The position numbers and the translations under genes were made by a program. The notes under the pieces are model-generated. The model did no database searches and was not told where the DNA came from. It saw nothing but the letters and a program-made list of their open reading frames with translations. DNA of 64,000 nucleotides, taken from positions 3,936,001-4,000,000 of the forward strand of contig CM000208.1 in the NCBI GenBank assembly GCA_000002445.1. Reading direction: 5' to 3'. Source of the DNA: Trypanosoma brucei (taxonomy: Eukaryota). Each line of letters begins with the position of its first letter. The stretch's first letter is position 1. This document shows positions 62,868-64,000 of the stretch, in pieces.

Positions 62868-64000
62868 TGAAGAAACAACGTTTGACACAAAGCGGTTTGA
62901 TATGGGGCAAATAACAGCTGATATTAAATGCTATAGTACTCCCAGAAAGTACGCCGGCTTTCGCTGCAGTAGCAGACGAAGGCAGCTCCACAGCCGGATT
63001 CGCCGTGCTCTGCAGGATCATAAACCTGGCCAAGCAAACTCCGCCGCCGCCGCATCTACCGGCGAGCATCGACGACGTAGAGGAAACGATGGCACTAGTA
63101 AACCTGACCCTCGCAGCACATGCAGCGGCCAAGGAGCTAGCAGCTGCGGCGGGCCCAACAGCTGCACTAAAAAGCGAAGGCGGCCAAATAAAGTTACACT
63201 GCGCCGCCACGGCTGCTGCGAAATGAAACGCGGCCGCAAGGAGGCTAAAAAGCCACAAAGCTTCCGTGGAACTCAGAGCTTTACTTGAAGCGGCAACAGA
63301 CCCTACTTTGGTGCATGCAATAAATACAACACTGCAGGACATGGTGCACAAATTAAGCGAAATAAAACAACAAGAAACTACAGCAAGAGCTGACACCGTG
63401 CCCAGCAAGCTAAGACAAGCTCTAGGAGCTCAACCAGACGGCACAACCTAAATCAAATTAACTGGTGCGACCGGAAACAGAGCTGGAAGCCGCTGGACTC
63501 CGAGCACCGATACAGCAGGCACGGCGGCAGGAAAAACTATAGCTGGCGACGTCGTTTGCACGTGCGCATCCGATAGCATCAACGACAACAACAAAGCGTT
63601 ATGGAGATAAAGCGCAAACGACCAACGTCGACTTCAGCACCGAAGCCGATACTAAATCTCAGTGGAAAACATTAGGCGACGCATGTAAAAACCAGCTATC
63701 TTCAGAGAAGCTAACAAGGACAGCGCTGAGGGCGTTTTTAGCAGCTTTTAACGTAGCAATCAACACAGGACAAGGCACCGACACCAAATTAGCCGGTGTC
63801 CTGGAATTGATACAAGGAGCAGGAAGCACCGGATGCGACGGAAGCAACGCTGGAACAGCCGGCAGCTGTATCTTCTACGGGAGATATCCGTCAACTAAAG
63901 CAGTTAAAACACCCGACTGGCTCGCCCCGCTGACAACCACGGCGGACGAACTAGAAGCACCGAAAAGAGCAGCCAAACACGCACACGCGACCTCAACACA
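62868..64000 (+). pseudogene. VSG pseudogene, 5' part (runs off the window end; stop in the signal-peptide region plus frameshifts)
   Basis: GFAVLCRIINLAKQ, VNLTLAAHAAAKELA, VVCTCASD and QWKTLGDACKNQ: N-domain motifs spread over three frames. Confidence 0.65.

Overview
The window reads as a subtelomeric VSG (variant surface glycoprotein) array of an African trypanosome, most likely Trypanosoma brucei. I assign it from the sequence alone, on five signatures. (1) Imperfect 70-bp repeats with (TAA)n tracts and the GAGTGTTGTGAGTGTGTATATACGAATATTATAATAAGAG core recur about every 2-4 kb. (2) Roughly 1.4-1.6 kb genes encode VSG-type proteins: signal peptide, A- or B-type N-terminal domain with LVCLC/ALYG/IPW motifs, a C-terminal domain with CKWE/CKW cysteine motifs, and a ..SSFLVNKKLAL..LLF GPI signal. 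(3) The VSG 3'UTR 16-mer TGATATATTTTAACAC or close variants sits 30-100 bp after the stops. (4) An ingi/RIME non-LTR retrotransposon is present. (5) There is a TTAGGG tract. I count about 17 VSG genes, pseudogenes or fragments. Three are on the minus strand at the left (1-5.9 kb). After an inverted 70-bp-repeat junction near 8.7 kb, all the rest are on the plus strand. Nearly all carry in-frame stops and/or frameshifts, which is typical of silent array VSG pseudogenes. One (35939-37495) is intact except for a single stop codon. Other content: a near full-length ingi element (minus strand, about 9410-14940) carrying a 2A peptide (DVEENPGP), an intact 1022-aa AP-endonuclease/reverse transcriptase ORF, RNase H and C2H2 zinc-finger segments, apparently replacing the 5' part of a VSG. 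A degenerate ingi-related element (DIRE, about 45150-50380, plus strand) sits inside a VSG 3'UTR. Two paralogous, frameshifted GT31/GT67-like glycosyltransferase pseudogenes each lie between a 70-bp repeat block and a VSG, and share a near-identical ~560-bp internal segment, which suggests gene conversion. An interstitial (TTAGGG)n tract of about 135 bp lies directly downstream of a VSG, which looks like a fossil telomere. A compound VSG is built from two juxtaposed fragments. No prokaryotic features (operons, CRISPR, sigma promoters) apply. Coordinates of repeats and element ends are approximate (+/- 20-50 bp).
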